From Actinomycetes bacterium (lineage in GTDB: Bacteria > Actinomycetota > Acidimicrobiia > Acidimicrobiales > RAAP-2), in NCBI GenBank assembly GCA_021786095.1, contig JAJYNX010000098.1, forward strand, positions 448-64,447: a stretch of DNA of 64,000 bases, written 5' to 3'. A model generated the notes under the pieces. It made no database searches, was not told the DNA's origin, and was given only the letters and a program-made list of their open reading frames with translations. Both the position numbers and the translations under genes were made by a program. This document shows, piece after piece, positions 1 through 8,917 of the stretch (within the stretch, counting starts at the first letter, position 1; each line of letters starts with the position of its first letter).

Positions 1-716
1 AGGACGACGGGCGCCTGGGCTCCTGGGGCTGGTTGTGCATTCAGGTTGTAGAGGCCACCCGTGGCGCGAACGTAGGAGTTGAGACCATCGCTGTGGATTG
101 TCGCGCCTGGCGCAACGTTGGCGACCAAGAACTGACGCAGGGTCGCGTGGTTGACGCGGTCGACGATGCCCATTCGGCAACGCCCGAACCCACGGGGCTG
201 GTGTCGCTCGACCGCCACGATGACCGGCAACTTCGCCCCGTGCTGACGACCCCCGCGCTGGCCGGGAGTCCGCCCCCCATAGAAAGTCTCATCGACTTCG
301 ACGTCGCCTGTGAGCAGATCGCGTCCGGGGTTGACCGTCACGGTCCTGAGCTTGGTGAGCATCGTCCAAGCAGTCTGGTGGCTCCGAAGTCCGAGTTGTC
401 GCTGGAGGGCCATCGCAGAGATGCCGTCCTTACTCGTGGCGAACAGCCAGGCGGCGTGGAACCAGACTGTCAGGGGTGTGCGCGTCCGGTCGAAGATGGT
501 GCCGGCCGTGACACTGGTACGCAGATGGCACGATGAGCACTCGTAGCGCCCGTCCCCGTTGAGCCATCCAGCCGCTCCGCAGTTCTCGCAAACAAAACCG
601 CCGGGCCATCGAAGCCACCTGAGGTAGTCAAGACAGTCAGCGTCCTTCGAGAACCACGCACCGAACTCGCCGAGGTCTGCCGGGTAGTCCCGATGGGCAC
701 GGGGTGCGACGAGCAC
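1..716 (-). CDS. IS1595-family (ISXO2-like) DDE transposase, 3'-truncated by the window edge
   Basis: Manual translation from GTG at 716, no stop to base 1: ...DCLDYLRWLRWPGGFVCENCG...RYECSSCHLRTSVTAGTIFDRTRTPLTVWFHAAW...LTGDVEVDETFYGG...TIHSDG (Zn ribbon, HTH region, first two catalytic Asp). Confidence 0.92.
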   Translation of the reverse strand, partial: MLVAPRAHRDYPADLGEFGAWFSKDADCLDYLRWLRWPGGFVCENCGAAGWLNGDGRYECSSCHLRTSVTAGTIFDRTRTPLTVWFHAAWLFATSKDGISAMALQRQLGLRSHQTAWTMLTKLRTVTVNPGRDLLTGDVEVDETFYGGRTPGQRGGRQHGAKLPVIVAVERHQPRGFGRCRMGIVDRVNHATLRQFLVANVAPGATIHSDGLNSYVRATGGLYNLNAQPAPGAQAPVV

Positions 717-746
717 ACCCGGGACATTACCGCGAAATAGTCGGAT

Positions 747-769
747 CTACTCCGGTTAGATGGAGACCC
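747..769 (-). repeat. Candidate left terminal inverted repeat of the IS1595 element
   Basis: Minus strand GGGTCTCCATCTAACCGGAGTAG ~30 bp upstream of the transposase start; partner end is outside the window. Confidence 0.45.
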
Positions 770-855
770 CCAATGATCGATAGTTCGAACTCGACGGGTG
801 AGTCGTCGTCGAGCGACGAGCGGCGCCGTTGACGATTGTAGAAGTCCTCGAACGA

Positions 856-875
856 TTTCCCAGATTTATGGGAAA
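856..875 (-). terminator. Short hairpin downstream of tRNA-Ile
   Basis: TTTCCCA-gattta-TGGGAAA 7-bp inverted repeat. Confidence 0.3.
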
Positions 876-884
876 CCCTCTCGG

Positions 885-958
885 TGGGGCTAGTAAGAAT
901 CGAACTTACGACCTCGTCATTATCAGTGACGCGCTCTAACCGACTGAGCTATAGCCCC
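885..958 (-). tRNA. tRNA-Ile (GAT), CCA not encoded
   Basis: GGGGCTA/TAGCCCC acceptor stem, TAGCTCAGTCGGTTAGAGC D-arm, CT-GAT-AA loop, GTTCGATTC T-arm. Confidence 0.96.
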
Positions 959-966
959 AAGGGCTA

Positions 967-1797
967 CTAATCTACACCAGCCGCTACACCCGTTGGTGGG
1001 CCGGGCTGGTCCCAGAGACGTGCCGCGATCGACTGGCTCGCCGTGGCGAGGAGCGTGCCTCCGCGGCTCCACAGGAAGGCCGTCCCCTGGGCGAAGCCAC
1101 CGGCCAGGGCATACATGTGGATGTCACACAGTACCCATTCGGTCGGCTCCAGGGTGACGACTCGAATCGTGTTGTCAAGACTCCGCCCCATCGTCCGTCG
1201 ACCGAGAGGCTGACTCACCCCGCCCGAGACGTAGTCACCAAAGATGGCCAGGGTGGCGGCGGAGGGGTCGAAGTGGCCCGGCACTCGGGCCCAGATGGCG
1301 GAGTGGGGGCTGCTCGGCGTTCCGTCGAGATCATCGAACGTTCGTCCGAGGGCGACGCGGCTCTCCACGTGCTCGAAGATCGAGGCCCCGAGTCCTTGGG
1401 GCATGCGGCGTGGCGGGCACTGCTCCGGGTCGGGTACGTCGGGCATGGTCATCCACGGACCGGGCGCGTTCAGCGTTCCGGTCCCCAGCGCCGCGTTCAC
1501 GGTAAGGATCTCACGCGAGTCAACGGTGGCGACGGCGCGCGCCTGAGTGACGTGGCCGCCAGTGACGGCGAGGTCGGTGGTGACCACGAGCTCGGCGCCG
1601 CGTGGCGCGTAGGAGAGATAGTGGGCGGTGGCCCACACCGTTGGCCGCCCGCTGGCCCCCTCAAGGGCGACGAGGCCCGCGGCCAGGCCGCAGCCGCCGA
1701 AGAGGAACTGGCCCGGCGTGATCAGTCGATCGGTCACCGTCAGGCGCCACGTGCGCTCGTCGCAGCGTTCGAGGCCCAGGAAGTGCTGCGCGTCCAC
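967..1797 (-). CDS. Acyl-CoA thioesterase II (TesB-like double hot-dog)
   Basis: FGGCGLAAG, ATAHYLS, SLDNTIR, GFAQGTAFLWS motifs. Confidence 0.85.
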   Translation of the reverse strand: MDAQHFLGLERCDERTWRLTVTDRLITPGQFLFGGCGLAAGLVALEGASGRPTVWATAHYLSYAPRGAELVVTTDLAVTGGHVTQARAVATVDSREILTVNAALGTGTLNAPGPWMTMPDVPDPEQCPPRRMPQGLGASIFEHVESRVALGRTFDDLDGTPSSPHSAIWARVPGHFDPSAATLAIFGDYVSGGVSQPLGRRTMGRSLDNTIRVVTLEPTEWVLCDIHMYALAGGFAQGTAFLWSRGGTLLATASQSIAARLWDQPGPPTGVAAGVD

Positions 1798-1826
1798 GAC
1801 CTCGGAGGATACTGCGAACGGGAGGG

Positions 1827-2480
1827 TTGCGGACGTGGTGGCGCCGTGACGGGCAGACTGGGGGGGTGATCAACTCCCACTTCGTGTTCCTGGCGGCGGC
1901 CCTGTCGCTGCTGGGCGCCGCGGGGTACATCCGCGACACCCTGCGCGGCGTCACCGCACCGCACCGGGTGACGTGGGGTCTCTGGGGCGTGGAGGGCGTC
2001 CTGGCCTTCGTGGTGGAGGTCCAACAGCACGTGGGGCTCGTGTCCTTGATGACGCTGATGTTCGGCGTCGTGCCACTGCTGGTCTTTGCCGCGAGCTTCG
2101 CCAACGGGTCATCGGCCTGGGCGATCACGACGTTCGACGTGGTGTGCGGAGTGATCTCGCTGCTCGGCATCGCCTTCTGGCTGCTGATCAACGAGCCGAC
2201 TGTCGCGCTGGTCGCGTTCGTGGTGGCCGATCAGGTGGCCGGATTGCCGACGTTGCGCAAGTCGTGGACGGAGCCGTCCAGCGAATCCTGGCTGGTTTTC
2301 CTCTCGGGCGTGGCCAACACCGCGCTGACTCTTTTGGCAGTGCGACACGTGACGACGGCTGCCGTCCTCTTCCCCGCCGTGATCTTCGTCAACGACCTCG
2401 TGCTCGTGCTCGTGCTCGTACTGCGGGTGGGCCCGCGCTGGCGTCACGTGCGATCTCTTCGGGGAGCGTCGGTCGCGTGA
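1827..2480 (+). CDS. Hypothetical multi-pass membrane protein (start may be GTG 1866)
   Basis: About six hydrophobic segments; stop overlaps the next start (GTGA). Confidence 0.7.
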   Translation: MRTWWRRDGQTGGVINSHFVFLAAALSLLGAAGYIRDTLRGVTAPHRVTWGLWGVEGVLAFVVEVQQHVGLVSLMTLMFGVVPLLVFAASFANGSSAWAITTFDVVCGVISLLGIAFWLLINEPTVALVAFVVADQVAGLPTLRKSWTEPSSESWLVFLSGVANTALTLLAVRHVTTAAVLFPAVIFVNDLVLVLVLVLRVGPRWRHVRSLRGASVA

Positions 2481-3844
2481 GGTGGTCGAGCGGCCCGACG
2501 CCGACCCAGCGACGCCGCGAGGGGCGGGCGCATCGCGCTCAGGCACCGCGCCGGACCCTGGCGCAGTTGGCCCCGCGACCCGAGGACGAGGCGCCCCTGG
2601 CCGGCCTCGACGACGACGAGGAGGAGCGTCTCGAGAGGCTCGTACCCCTGCGCTATCACCGGCTCGTCGCGAGTCCCGTCGCCTTCCTGCGCGGCAGCGG
2701 TGCGCGGATGAGCGATGACCTGGCGCGCGCGGCGAGCACCGGGATCGACGTGCAGCTGTGCGGTGACGCCCACGTCGAGAACTTCAGCCTGATCACCACG
2801 GCCACGGGCCGGACGATTCTCGAGATCGCGGACTTCGACGAGACGGCGCGTGGTCCCTTCGAGTGGGACGTGAAGCGTCTGGCCGCGTCCCTCGTGGTGG
2901 CGGCCGACCACCTCGGGCACTCCGTGACGGTCCAAGACCGCGCGGCTCGCGCGGCGGCGCACGAGTACCAGCGGGTGATCGCCCAACTGTCGCGCCGACC
3001 CCGGATGGAGGCGTGGCACGCGGCGCTCGACGCTGACCCCCTCGACCGTCGACTACTCACGCTCTTCAGCGAGTCGGCCCAACGCCGCGTCGATCAGGTG
3101 ATCGGTCCCGTGACGCGGCACACTTCGGAGCGGGCCTACGGTTCCCTTCTCACGTATCGGCGGGGCGAGCCGAGGATTCGGCTGCGTTCGCCGTACGTGA
3201 TGGCGCTGAGCGACGACGAGGCTCGTGTGACACTGGCGCGCGTGCTGTCGCGCTACGCCGCGTCGCTCAGTGACGATCGGCGCGCGCTCCTCACTCAGTT
3301 CACTCCCGTGGAGGTGGCGCGCGAGGTCGTGGGCATCGGGTCGGTGGGTCGTGAGGACTACGTCGTTCTGCTGGTCGGCCGCGACGCGGGTGACCCCCTC
3401 GTGCTGCGGGTACGCGAGGTCGTGGCATCACACGTAGGGCGAGCGCGTGGCGTCGAGGAGCGCCACCGCGCCGGGGAGCGAGTGGTCGCGGGGCAGCGGC
3501 TCCTGGAGTCCACGTCCGACGAGTTCCTCGGCTGGTACGACGCACCTGCGGGAGGTCGGGATCGCAGTTTTTACGTTCGTCGACTCGACCCGCATCGAGC
3601 GGCGGTGGACCTCGCGCGCCTCGATCGTCGGCGTCTCGAGGCCTACGGCCGCGCGTGCGCCGGCGTGTTGGCTCGCGCGCACGTTCGCTCGGGATCGAGC
3701 GATGTGATTGCGGGCTACCTCGGGGAGGGTGAACGGTTCGCCACGGCGATCGCGGACTTCGCCCAGGCGTACCGCGTACGCAACGAGGTGGCCTGGCGCC
3801 GATCGCGCCGGGCCGTTCGAAAGGGTGGTCTCGTCGGCCGGTGA
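2477..3844 (+). CDS. DUF2252 family protein
   Basis: LVPLRYHRLVASPVAFLRGS, QLCGDAHVENF, DFDETARGPFEWDVKRLAAS, VGIGSVG; start at GTG 2477 rather than track start 1973. Confidence 0.88.
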   Translation: MRWSSGPTPTQRRREGRAHRAQAPRRTLAQLAPRPEDEAPLAGLDDDEEERLERLVPLRYHRLVASPVAFLRGSGARMSDDLARAASTGIDVQLCGDAHVENFSLITTATGRTILEIADFDETARGPFEWDVKRLAASLVVAADHLGHSVTVQDRAARAAAHEYQRVIAQLSRRPRMEAWHAALDADPLDRRLLTLFSESAQRRVDQVIGPVTRHTSERAYGSLLTYRRGEPRIRLRSPYVMALSDDEARVTLARVLSRYAASLSDDRRALLTQFTPVEVAREVVGIGSVGREDYVVLLVGRDAGDPLVLRVREVVASHVGRARGVEERHRAGERVVAGQRLLESTSDEFLGWYDAPAGGRDRSFYVRRLDPHRAAVDLARLDRRRLEAYGRACAGVLARAHVRSGSSDVIAGYLGEGERFATAIADFAQAYRVRNEVAWRRSRRAVRKGGLVGR

Positions 3845-3894
3845 GTTGGTGGCGCTGCGGCGCCCGCCTCAGACGTTGGTAAAATGGTGAACGC

Positions 3895-3967
3895 GGGGAT
3901 GTAGCTCAGTTGGTAGAGCGCGGGCTTTGCAAGCCTGAGGTCGTGGGTTCGATCCCCATCGTCTCCA
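3895..3967 (+). tRNA. tRNA-Ala (TGC), CCA not encoded
   Basis: GGGGATG/CGTCTCC stem with G3:U70 pair, TT-TGC-AA loop, GGTTCGATCCC T-arm. Confidence 0.95.
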
Positions 3968-4103
3968 CCGAGAGGGAGTGGGGCAAATGGGCCCAATGCC
4001 GCACGGTGGGTCGGCACCGATCGCGGGTCCTCACGGCGCGAGCGTGTGACGAGGTTCCAGCACCCGTAGCGGCCACGGTCCCCGTACCGAAACTCGAGCG
4101 GCG

Positions 4104-4421
4104 CTACTGCGAGTGGCCGTGGTCCTTCATCCACTGGGCGTGACGGGGGTTGCGGGGGTCGAGGAGGTCGTCGGCGACGTCGCCGACGCTGTCCAGTGCG
4201 TTCATCTCCTCGCTGAGGTCGTCGTCCGTGGTCGTCATCGTCGAGATGTCCTCGACGACCCGCCCCGACGGGAAGGCGGCGACGCCCGGCGCGAACTCGT
4301 CGAGCGGGTCGGCGACGTGGCGCTCGGTCTCACGGTTCGCGAGTCGCTCATCAACTTCGGCCTCGGCCTCGGCTTCGCGTTCGCTATCGGACTCGTTCTC
4401 GTCACTGGTTGGCCTGGTCAC
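4104..4421 (-). CDS. Small acidic hypothetical protein
   Basis: 105-aa D/E-rich ORF, GC-rich third positions, fills the gap between tRNA-Ala and the terminator. Confidence 0.6.
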   Translation of the reverse strand: MTRPTSDENESDSEREAEAEAEVDERLANRETERHVADPLDEFAPGVAAFPSGRVVEDISTMTTTDDDLSEEMNALDSVGDVADDLLDPRNPRHAQWMKDHGHSQ

Positions 4422-4522
4422 GCTCGCCTCCTGTCGCCGCGGCCACCGCCGTGACGCATCGCCCCATCGTACTGGGGTGGCGTTGGCCGCGTCGAGGGCT
4501 CGGCGGCGGGGTGGACACAGAC

Positions 4523-4560
4523 TGACATCGCCCCGACCGCAGCCGGTCGGGGCGATGTCA
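4523..4560 (-). terminator. Strong hairpin after the cytochrome b operon
   Basis: TGACATCGCCCCGACCG-cagc-CGGTCGGGGCGATGTCA perfect 17-bp stem. Confidence 0.75.
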
Positions 4561-4578
4561 CGCGCGGGGAGTACGGGC

Positions 4579-5523
4579 CTAGGCGTCGCGGTAGTGCTCG
4601 CGCCAGATCACCCGATACAGCCTCACCTTGCGCGGGATCGCCCGCAGCCCCGGGATGAGGGGTAGGAAGAAGAGCACCAGGGTGAGGAGGATCATGATGG
4701 CGAACACCTCGATGTCGCCGTTGCTCGACGAGTTCATCGGCGGCACCTGGTACCAGAAGGTGTAGAGCCACAGCCAGGGCTGGCCCGGGTAACTGCCCGT
4801 CTCGTTCATCATGCCCCACTGGTTGCCGAGCATGTGCTGCTTCTGGGCCAGGTCCCCCAGGTAGCTGCCGTCAGCGATGAAGAGCAGCGGCTTGGTGTAG
4901 TCCGTGGTGTAGAAGCCGTTGCCCGAGAGCAACGCGGTGTCGAGCGCTCCGGTGCGCGCCATGTGGGTCAGGTCGTTGATCATCACCGGCACCGGTCCGG
5001 CGTTGGCCGCGGGTACCACCACGTTGCCGTTGGTGAAGGTCATGTGGCCCGCGACCTTGGTGTAGTTGGCGACCCAGGTGGTCCGGGTGCTCGCCGAGGC
5101 CGTCTCCCACGCGGTGAGGCTGGACTTCAACGCCGGGTTGTTGGGCTGGGACTGCAGCGGATCGATCACGAAGTCGTCGGCCGAGTTGATCGGGATGCGC
5201 ACACCCACCCACCGGGCCAGGGCGAGCGGTCCGAGCTGCTGACCGGGACCGTTGTGGTTGTAGGGCGCCCCGTAGGAGGCCGAGATCGACGTGCCGTTGA
5301 GCTCGCTCAGCGCGGTCGTGGCGAAGTCGATCGGTGCGGCGTTGGACCACTTCTTGATCGTGATCGCCGGTTCGTCGGGGGACCCGAACACCACGGCCAG
5401 TAGCACCACCAGGATGCCCACCACCACGATGGCGATGGTGCCCTCCTTGATGATGTCGTAGGGGCTGTAGCCCCCCTTGTACACCGGGGCGTCGACGTCG
5501 GGCCGGAATTTCTTGGTGCTCAC
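4579..5523 (-). CDS. Cytochrome b subunit-IV-like membrane protein with a large extracytoplasmic insert
   Basis: GTG 5523 overlaps upstream stop; N-terminal PYDIIKE plus TM helix; C-terminal PGQPWLWLYTFWYQVPP then TM ending FFLPLIP resembles the PEWY/ef-loop region; no CxxCH. Confidence 0.6.
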   Translation of the reverse strand: MSTKKFRPDVDAPVYKGGYSPYDIIKEGTIAIVVVGILVVLLAVVFGSPDEPAITIKKWSNAAPIDFATTALSELNGTSISASYGAPYNHNGPGQQLGPLALARWVGVRIPINSADDFVIDPLQSQPNNPALKSSLTAWETASASTRTTWVANYTKVAGHMTFTNGNVVVPAANAGPVPVMINDLTHMARTGALDTALLSGNGFYTTDYTKPLLFIADGSYLGDLAQKQHMLGNQWGMMNETGSYPGQPWLWLYTFWYQVPPMNSSSNGDIEVFAIMILLTLVLFFLPLIPGLRAIPRKVRLYRVIWREHYRDA

Positions 5524-6167
5524 TTGGTCGCTCCTTCGGGGGTGGTGACTGCCGTGGCGTCGTCGTCGTACGGCGGGACGACGCCCTTCACGCGAACCAG
5601 GATCACGTGCAGGGCGGTCAGGACGATGGCCGCGAGCGGTAGCAGCACGATGTGCCACATCAGCATCTGGCCCATGTTGAGCACGTTGAAGTAGGCCCCG
5701 CCACCGGTGGCGTTGATACCGTCCTTCGCCTGGGTCGAGATCCACTGGGAGTCGAAGTTGCTCTGTGAGACGTAGCCGGTGAAGGCCGTCAGCAGCGAGG
5801 CGAGGAAGGTGACCACGCCAGTCATCCAGGTGGCCGTGCGCCCTCCGCGCCAGGCCCCCATGAAGAACTTGCCCCACAGGTGCACGACCATCGCGAAGAA
5901 GAAGACCTCCACGCTCCACAGGTGCAGTGAGTTGACGAAGTGGCCGATGAACGAGCCGTGCCACCAGGAGGGTCCACGTAGTGCGAGCAGGCAGCCGGTG
6001 ACGATGACCAGGATCAGCGACGAGAGGGTGGCCACGCCGAACACGTAGATCCACGACGACACGTAACTGGGCTGGGTGTCGGGCAGCAGCTTCTCGGGGG
6101 GCAGCTTGCCCGCGGCGCGGTGGCGCAGGCGGGTCGTCCACTGGCGCTCGATTTCGGTGGTGCTCAC
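5520..6167 (-). CDS. Cytochrome b N-terminal domain protein (cytochrome b6-sized, four TM helices)
   Basis: Four heme-ligand His (SLHLW/VVHLW and MWHIV/ALHVI), LTAFTGY, NFDSQW motifs. Confidence 0.88.
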   Translation of the reverse strand: MSTTEIERQWTTRLRHRAAGKLPPEKLLPDTQPSYVSSWIYVFGVATLSSLILVIVTGCLLALRGPSWWHGSFIGHFVNSLHLWSVEVFFFAMVVHLWGKFFMGAWRGGRTATWMTGVVTFLASLLTAFTGYVSQSNFDSQWISTQAKDGINATGGGAYFNVLNMGQMLMWHIVLLPLAAIVLTALHVILVRVKGVVPPYDDDATAVTTPEGATK

Positions 6168-6346
6168 CGGTTCTCCTTTCGGCGGTTGCGGCCCGGGAAG
6201 GGCAGCAGCAGGGCGGCCACGAAGGTGATCACCATCAGACAGATCACGATGAAGTTGGCGTAGCTGACGTACAGCCAGTGCCAGTGGATGAAGTGGCCGT
6301 AGTTATTGAGCGGCACCAGTGCCGCGAGAAACGTGTACAACCCCAT
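6164..6346 (-). CDS. Small His-containing single-TM protein
   Basis: 60 aa, GHFIHWHW then hydrophobic helix ending LPFP; translationally coupled to cytochrome b. Confidence 0.7.
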   Translation of the reverse strand: MGLYTFLAALVPLNNYGHFIHWHWLYVSYANFIVICLMVITFVAALLLPFPGRNRRKENR

Positions 6347-6424
6347 AGATCTCCCACTCTCAGAGTCGGGCCCGCCCGACTCGTGCTGCCCAGTGTGCCA
6401 TACCGGTGCGGGGGCTACTAGGGG

Positions 6425-7387
6425 CTAAAGGCCCGCGGGCACCCTCACCGGTGGCGCCACCTCTCCCTTTCTAGTACCGGGCTCGCGGTCGTGCGCGCTC
6501 TGGCGCAGGTGGAACTGGGTGACGCCGATGGTGAGCGAGACCGCGCCGGCGACGTGCAGTTCGACCAGCACCGGTGGCACGTGCGTGAGGTACTGCGAGA
6601 CGCCGATCGCCGCCTGGACCAGTGAGATGAGCACCAGGCGTCGCACGCCCAACTGCAACGGCTGGGGGGCGCTGGAGTGCCAGATGGCGAAGAGCAGCCC
6701 TACGACGATCCCGATGAAGAGCATGGCGGCGACCGAGTGCACCCACACGGCGTCCACGAAGGGGAAGGGGAGCCGTCGCGCGACGAGCTGTCCCTGGGCG
6801 TTGCCGGCGTGAGGGCCCGACCCCGTGGCGGCCGTGCCGGCGATCAGTAGAACCACGAAGGGGACCCAGAGGAGGCGCGCGACGAGACGGAAGTGGGGAT
6901 CACGGACGTCGCAGCGGGTACCAGGTCCGTAGACGTACTTCGAGCGATGGTAGAGAACCGCCCCGAGGACCACCATCGCGAGGGAGAGCAGCATGTGGCT
7001 CGACACCAGCCAGGGGTTGAGCTTGGAGTAGACGACGAAGGCGCCGAGGATCGCGTTGGCCACCACGCCGGCGATGAGCAGGGCCGACAGCACCACCAGA
7101 TCACGGCGGTAGACCCGTCGAACCAGGGCGGCGAGGAAGGTGGCGCCGATGACCAGGATCAGGGCGAGAGTGACCATCCGATTCGCGTACTCGATCAGGG
7201 GGTGGATGCTCCACGATCCGGTGACCCGATGGTGGTAGCAGGTCGGCCAGTCCGGGCACCCCAGGCCCGAACCGGTCAGGCGCACGGCGGCCCCGGTCAG
7301 GACGATCACGATGAGCGAGAGGAAGGTGGCGAAGGCGAACCAGCGAAAGGCGGGGACCGAGATCGTACGGCGCGGGGAGTGGGGCAC
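6425..7387 (-). CDS. ctaA: Heme A synthase (COX15/CtaA)
   Basis: GAAVRLTGSGLGCPDWPTC, IEYANR, TGSGPHAG, WVHS, ELHVAGA. Confidence 0.92.
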   Translation of the reverse strand: MPHSPRRTISVPAFRWFAFATFLSLIVIVLTGAAVRLTGSGLGCPDWPTCYHHRVTGSWSIHPLIEYANRMVTLALILVIGATFLAALVRRVYRRDLVVLSALLIAGVVANAILGAFVVYSKLNPWLVSSHMLLSLAMVVLGAVLYHRSKYVYGPGTRCDVRDPHFRLVARLLWVPFVVLLIAGTAATGSGPHAGNAQGQLVARRLPFPFVDAVWVHSVAAMLFIGIVVGLLFAIWHSSAPQPLQLGVRRLVLISLVQAAIGVSQYLTHVPPVLVELHVAGAVSLTIGVTQFHLRQSAHDREPGTRKGEVAPPVRVPAGL

Positions 7388-7428
7388 CTCCGTAGCCTAG
7401 GTAATCGACGACTCGTAGACTGCGCCGT

Positions 7429-8343
7429 ATGACACTATCGGTCACGGTACCTCGCGCCCGCCTCGACGTGGTGCGCGGGTACGTGGCGCTCACCAAGCCG
7501 CGGATCATCGAGCTGCTGCTCGTGACGACCATCCCGACCATGATCGTGGCGGCGCGGGGTGTGCCGAGCCTCGGGCTGGTGGTGACGACGCTGGTCGGCG
7601 GGACGCTGGCGGCGGGCGGGGCCAACGCCTTCAACATGGTGATCGACCGCGACATCGACGCCATCATGGAGCGGACCAAGCACCGCCCCCTGGTGACCGG
7701 GGTGATGTCGCCGCGGGCCGCCACGATCTTCGCGGTGTGCCTGGAGCTCGCGGCCTACGCGGTGCTGGCCATCTGGGTCAACCAGCTGTCGGCGTGGCTG
7801 GCGTTGTCGGCCACGGCGTTCTACGTCGTCGTCTACACGCTGTGGCTGAAGCGGCGCAGCAAGCAGAACATCGTCATCGGCGGCGCCGCGGGCGCCGTCC
7901 CGGTGCTGGTCGGCTGGGCCGCCGTCACCAACTCCCTGACCTGGACGCCGGTGCTGCTCTTCCTGGTCATCTTCATCTGGACGCCTCCTCACTTCTGGGC
8001 GCTCGCCGTGCGCTACCGCGACGACTACGAGGCCGCGAACGTGCCGATGATGCCGGTGGTGACCTCCCTGCGACGCACCACCTTCGAGATCCTGGTGTAC
8101 ACGGTGCTGATGTGGGCACTGACGGTCCTGATCGGACCGAGCGCTCACCTGGGGTGGATCTACGCCGTGTCCTCGACCGTGCTGGGTGCCTGGTTCACCT
8201 TCTACGCCCTGCGCCTGTATCGCCACGCGCGCAGCGGGACGGCCGACGTGGCCCAGGCGATGCGGCTCTTCCACTTCTCGATCACCTACCTGACCGCGCT
8301 CTTCGTCGCCATGGCGGTGGACGTCCTTGTCCGATACCGGTAG
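7429..8343 (+). CDS. ctaB: Heme O synthase (protoheme IX farnesyltransferase)
   Basis: LTKPRIIELLL, NMVIDRDIDAIMERTKHRPL, NIVIGGAAGA, WTPPHFWAL. Confidence 0.96.
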   Translation: MTLSVTVPRARLDVVRGYVALTKPRIIELLLVTTIPTMIVAARGVPSLGLVVTTLVGGTLAAGGANAFNMVIDRDIDAIMERTKHRPLVTGVMSPRAATIFAVCLELAAYAVLAIWVNQLSAWLALSATAFYVVVYTLWLKRRSKQNIVIGGAAGAVPVLVGWAAVTNSLTWTPVLLFLVIFIWTPPHFWALAVRYRDDYEAANVPMMPVVTSLRRTTFEILVYTVLMWALTVLIGPSAHLGWIYAVSSTVLGAWFTFYALRLYRHARSGTADVAQAMRLFHFSITYLTALFVAMAVDVLVRYR

Positions 8344-8917
8344 TCCCCCTCGTCGGCGGCCCTCGCCGATGATGTTCGTCTCGCTGGGCCTGGGCACGCT
8401 GCTCGCGGTGATCGCCATCGCGGTGGTCTCGGTCCTGACGGGGGGGTCACCGTCGACGTCGTCGACGACCGCCCCGCCGGCCCTGGTCGGCGCGCGGGTG
8501 GCCCCCTTCACGCTGCCGGGGCTCGAGGGTGGGACGATCACGCCCCCCTGGCGACACCACCACCCGGCGATCCTGATCTTCTTCGCGTCCTGGTGCGGCC
8601 CGTGCCAGGGCGAGATGCCGGCGGTGGCGCGGTACCTGCGCGATCACCGGGTGGCGCCCGTGCGCGTGATCGGCGTGGACGCCAACGATCAGCGCGCCGC
8701 CGCCCGCCAGTTCGTGGCTCGCGACCACGTGACCTTCCCGGTGGGCTTCGACGCCAATGGCGTGGTCACCAGCCAGGTCTTCCACTTCGTCACCCTGCCC
8801 GAGACGGTCTTCGTGAACGCGCACGGCGTCGTCACCGGCGTTCACTTCGGCGCGATCCCGGTCTCCCAGCTCGCCGGCGGCGTTCGGGCGCTGATCGCGG
8901 GGGAGCGTCAGTCGTAG
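8327..8917 (+). CDS. Membrane-anchored TlpA/ResA-like thiol-disulfide oxidoreductase
   Basis: N-terminal TM, FFASWCGPCQGEMP, LPETVFVN. Confidence 0.88.
   Translation: MSDTGSPPRRRPSPMMFVSLGLGTLLAVIAIAVVSVLTGGSPSTSSTTAPPALVGARVAPFTLPGLEGGTITPPWRHHHPAILIFFASWCGPCQGEMPAVARYLRDHRVAPVRVIGVDANDQRAAARQFVARDHVTFPVGFDANGVVTSQVFHFVTLPETVFVNAHGVVTGVHFGAIPVSQLAGGVRALIAGERQS

Larger units (their letters stand above)
1..769 (-). mobile_element. IS1595-family insertion sequence, left part (runs off the window edge)
   Basis: Contains the transposase ORF below and a candidate terminal IR at ~747-769; lies ~115 bp beyond the tRNA-Ile 3' end. Confidence 0.85.

Noticed and set aside
33-727. Track ORFs 33..536, 310..546, 41..292, 430..618, 470..727
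   Set aside because: Shadows of the IS1595 transposase on the minus strand
1973-2476. N-terminal extension making DUF2252 623 aa
   Set aside because: Overlaps the membrane protein gene in another frame; conserved motifs begin after GTG 2477
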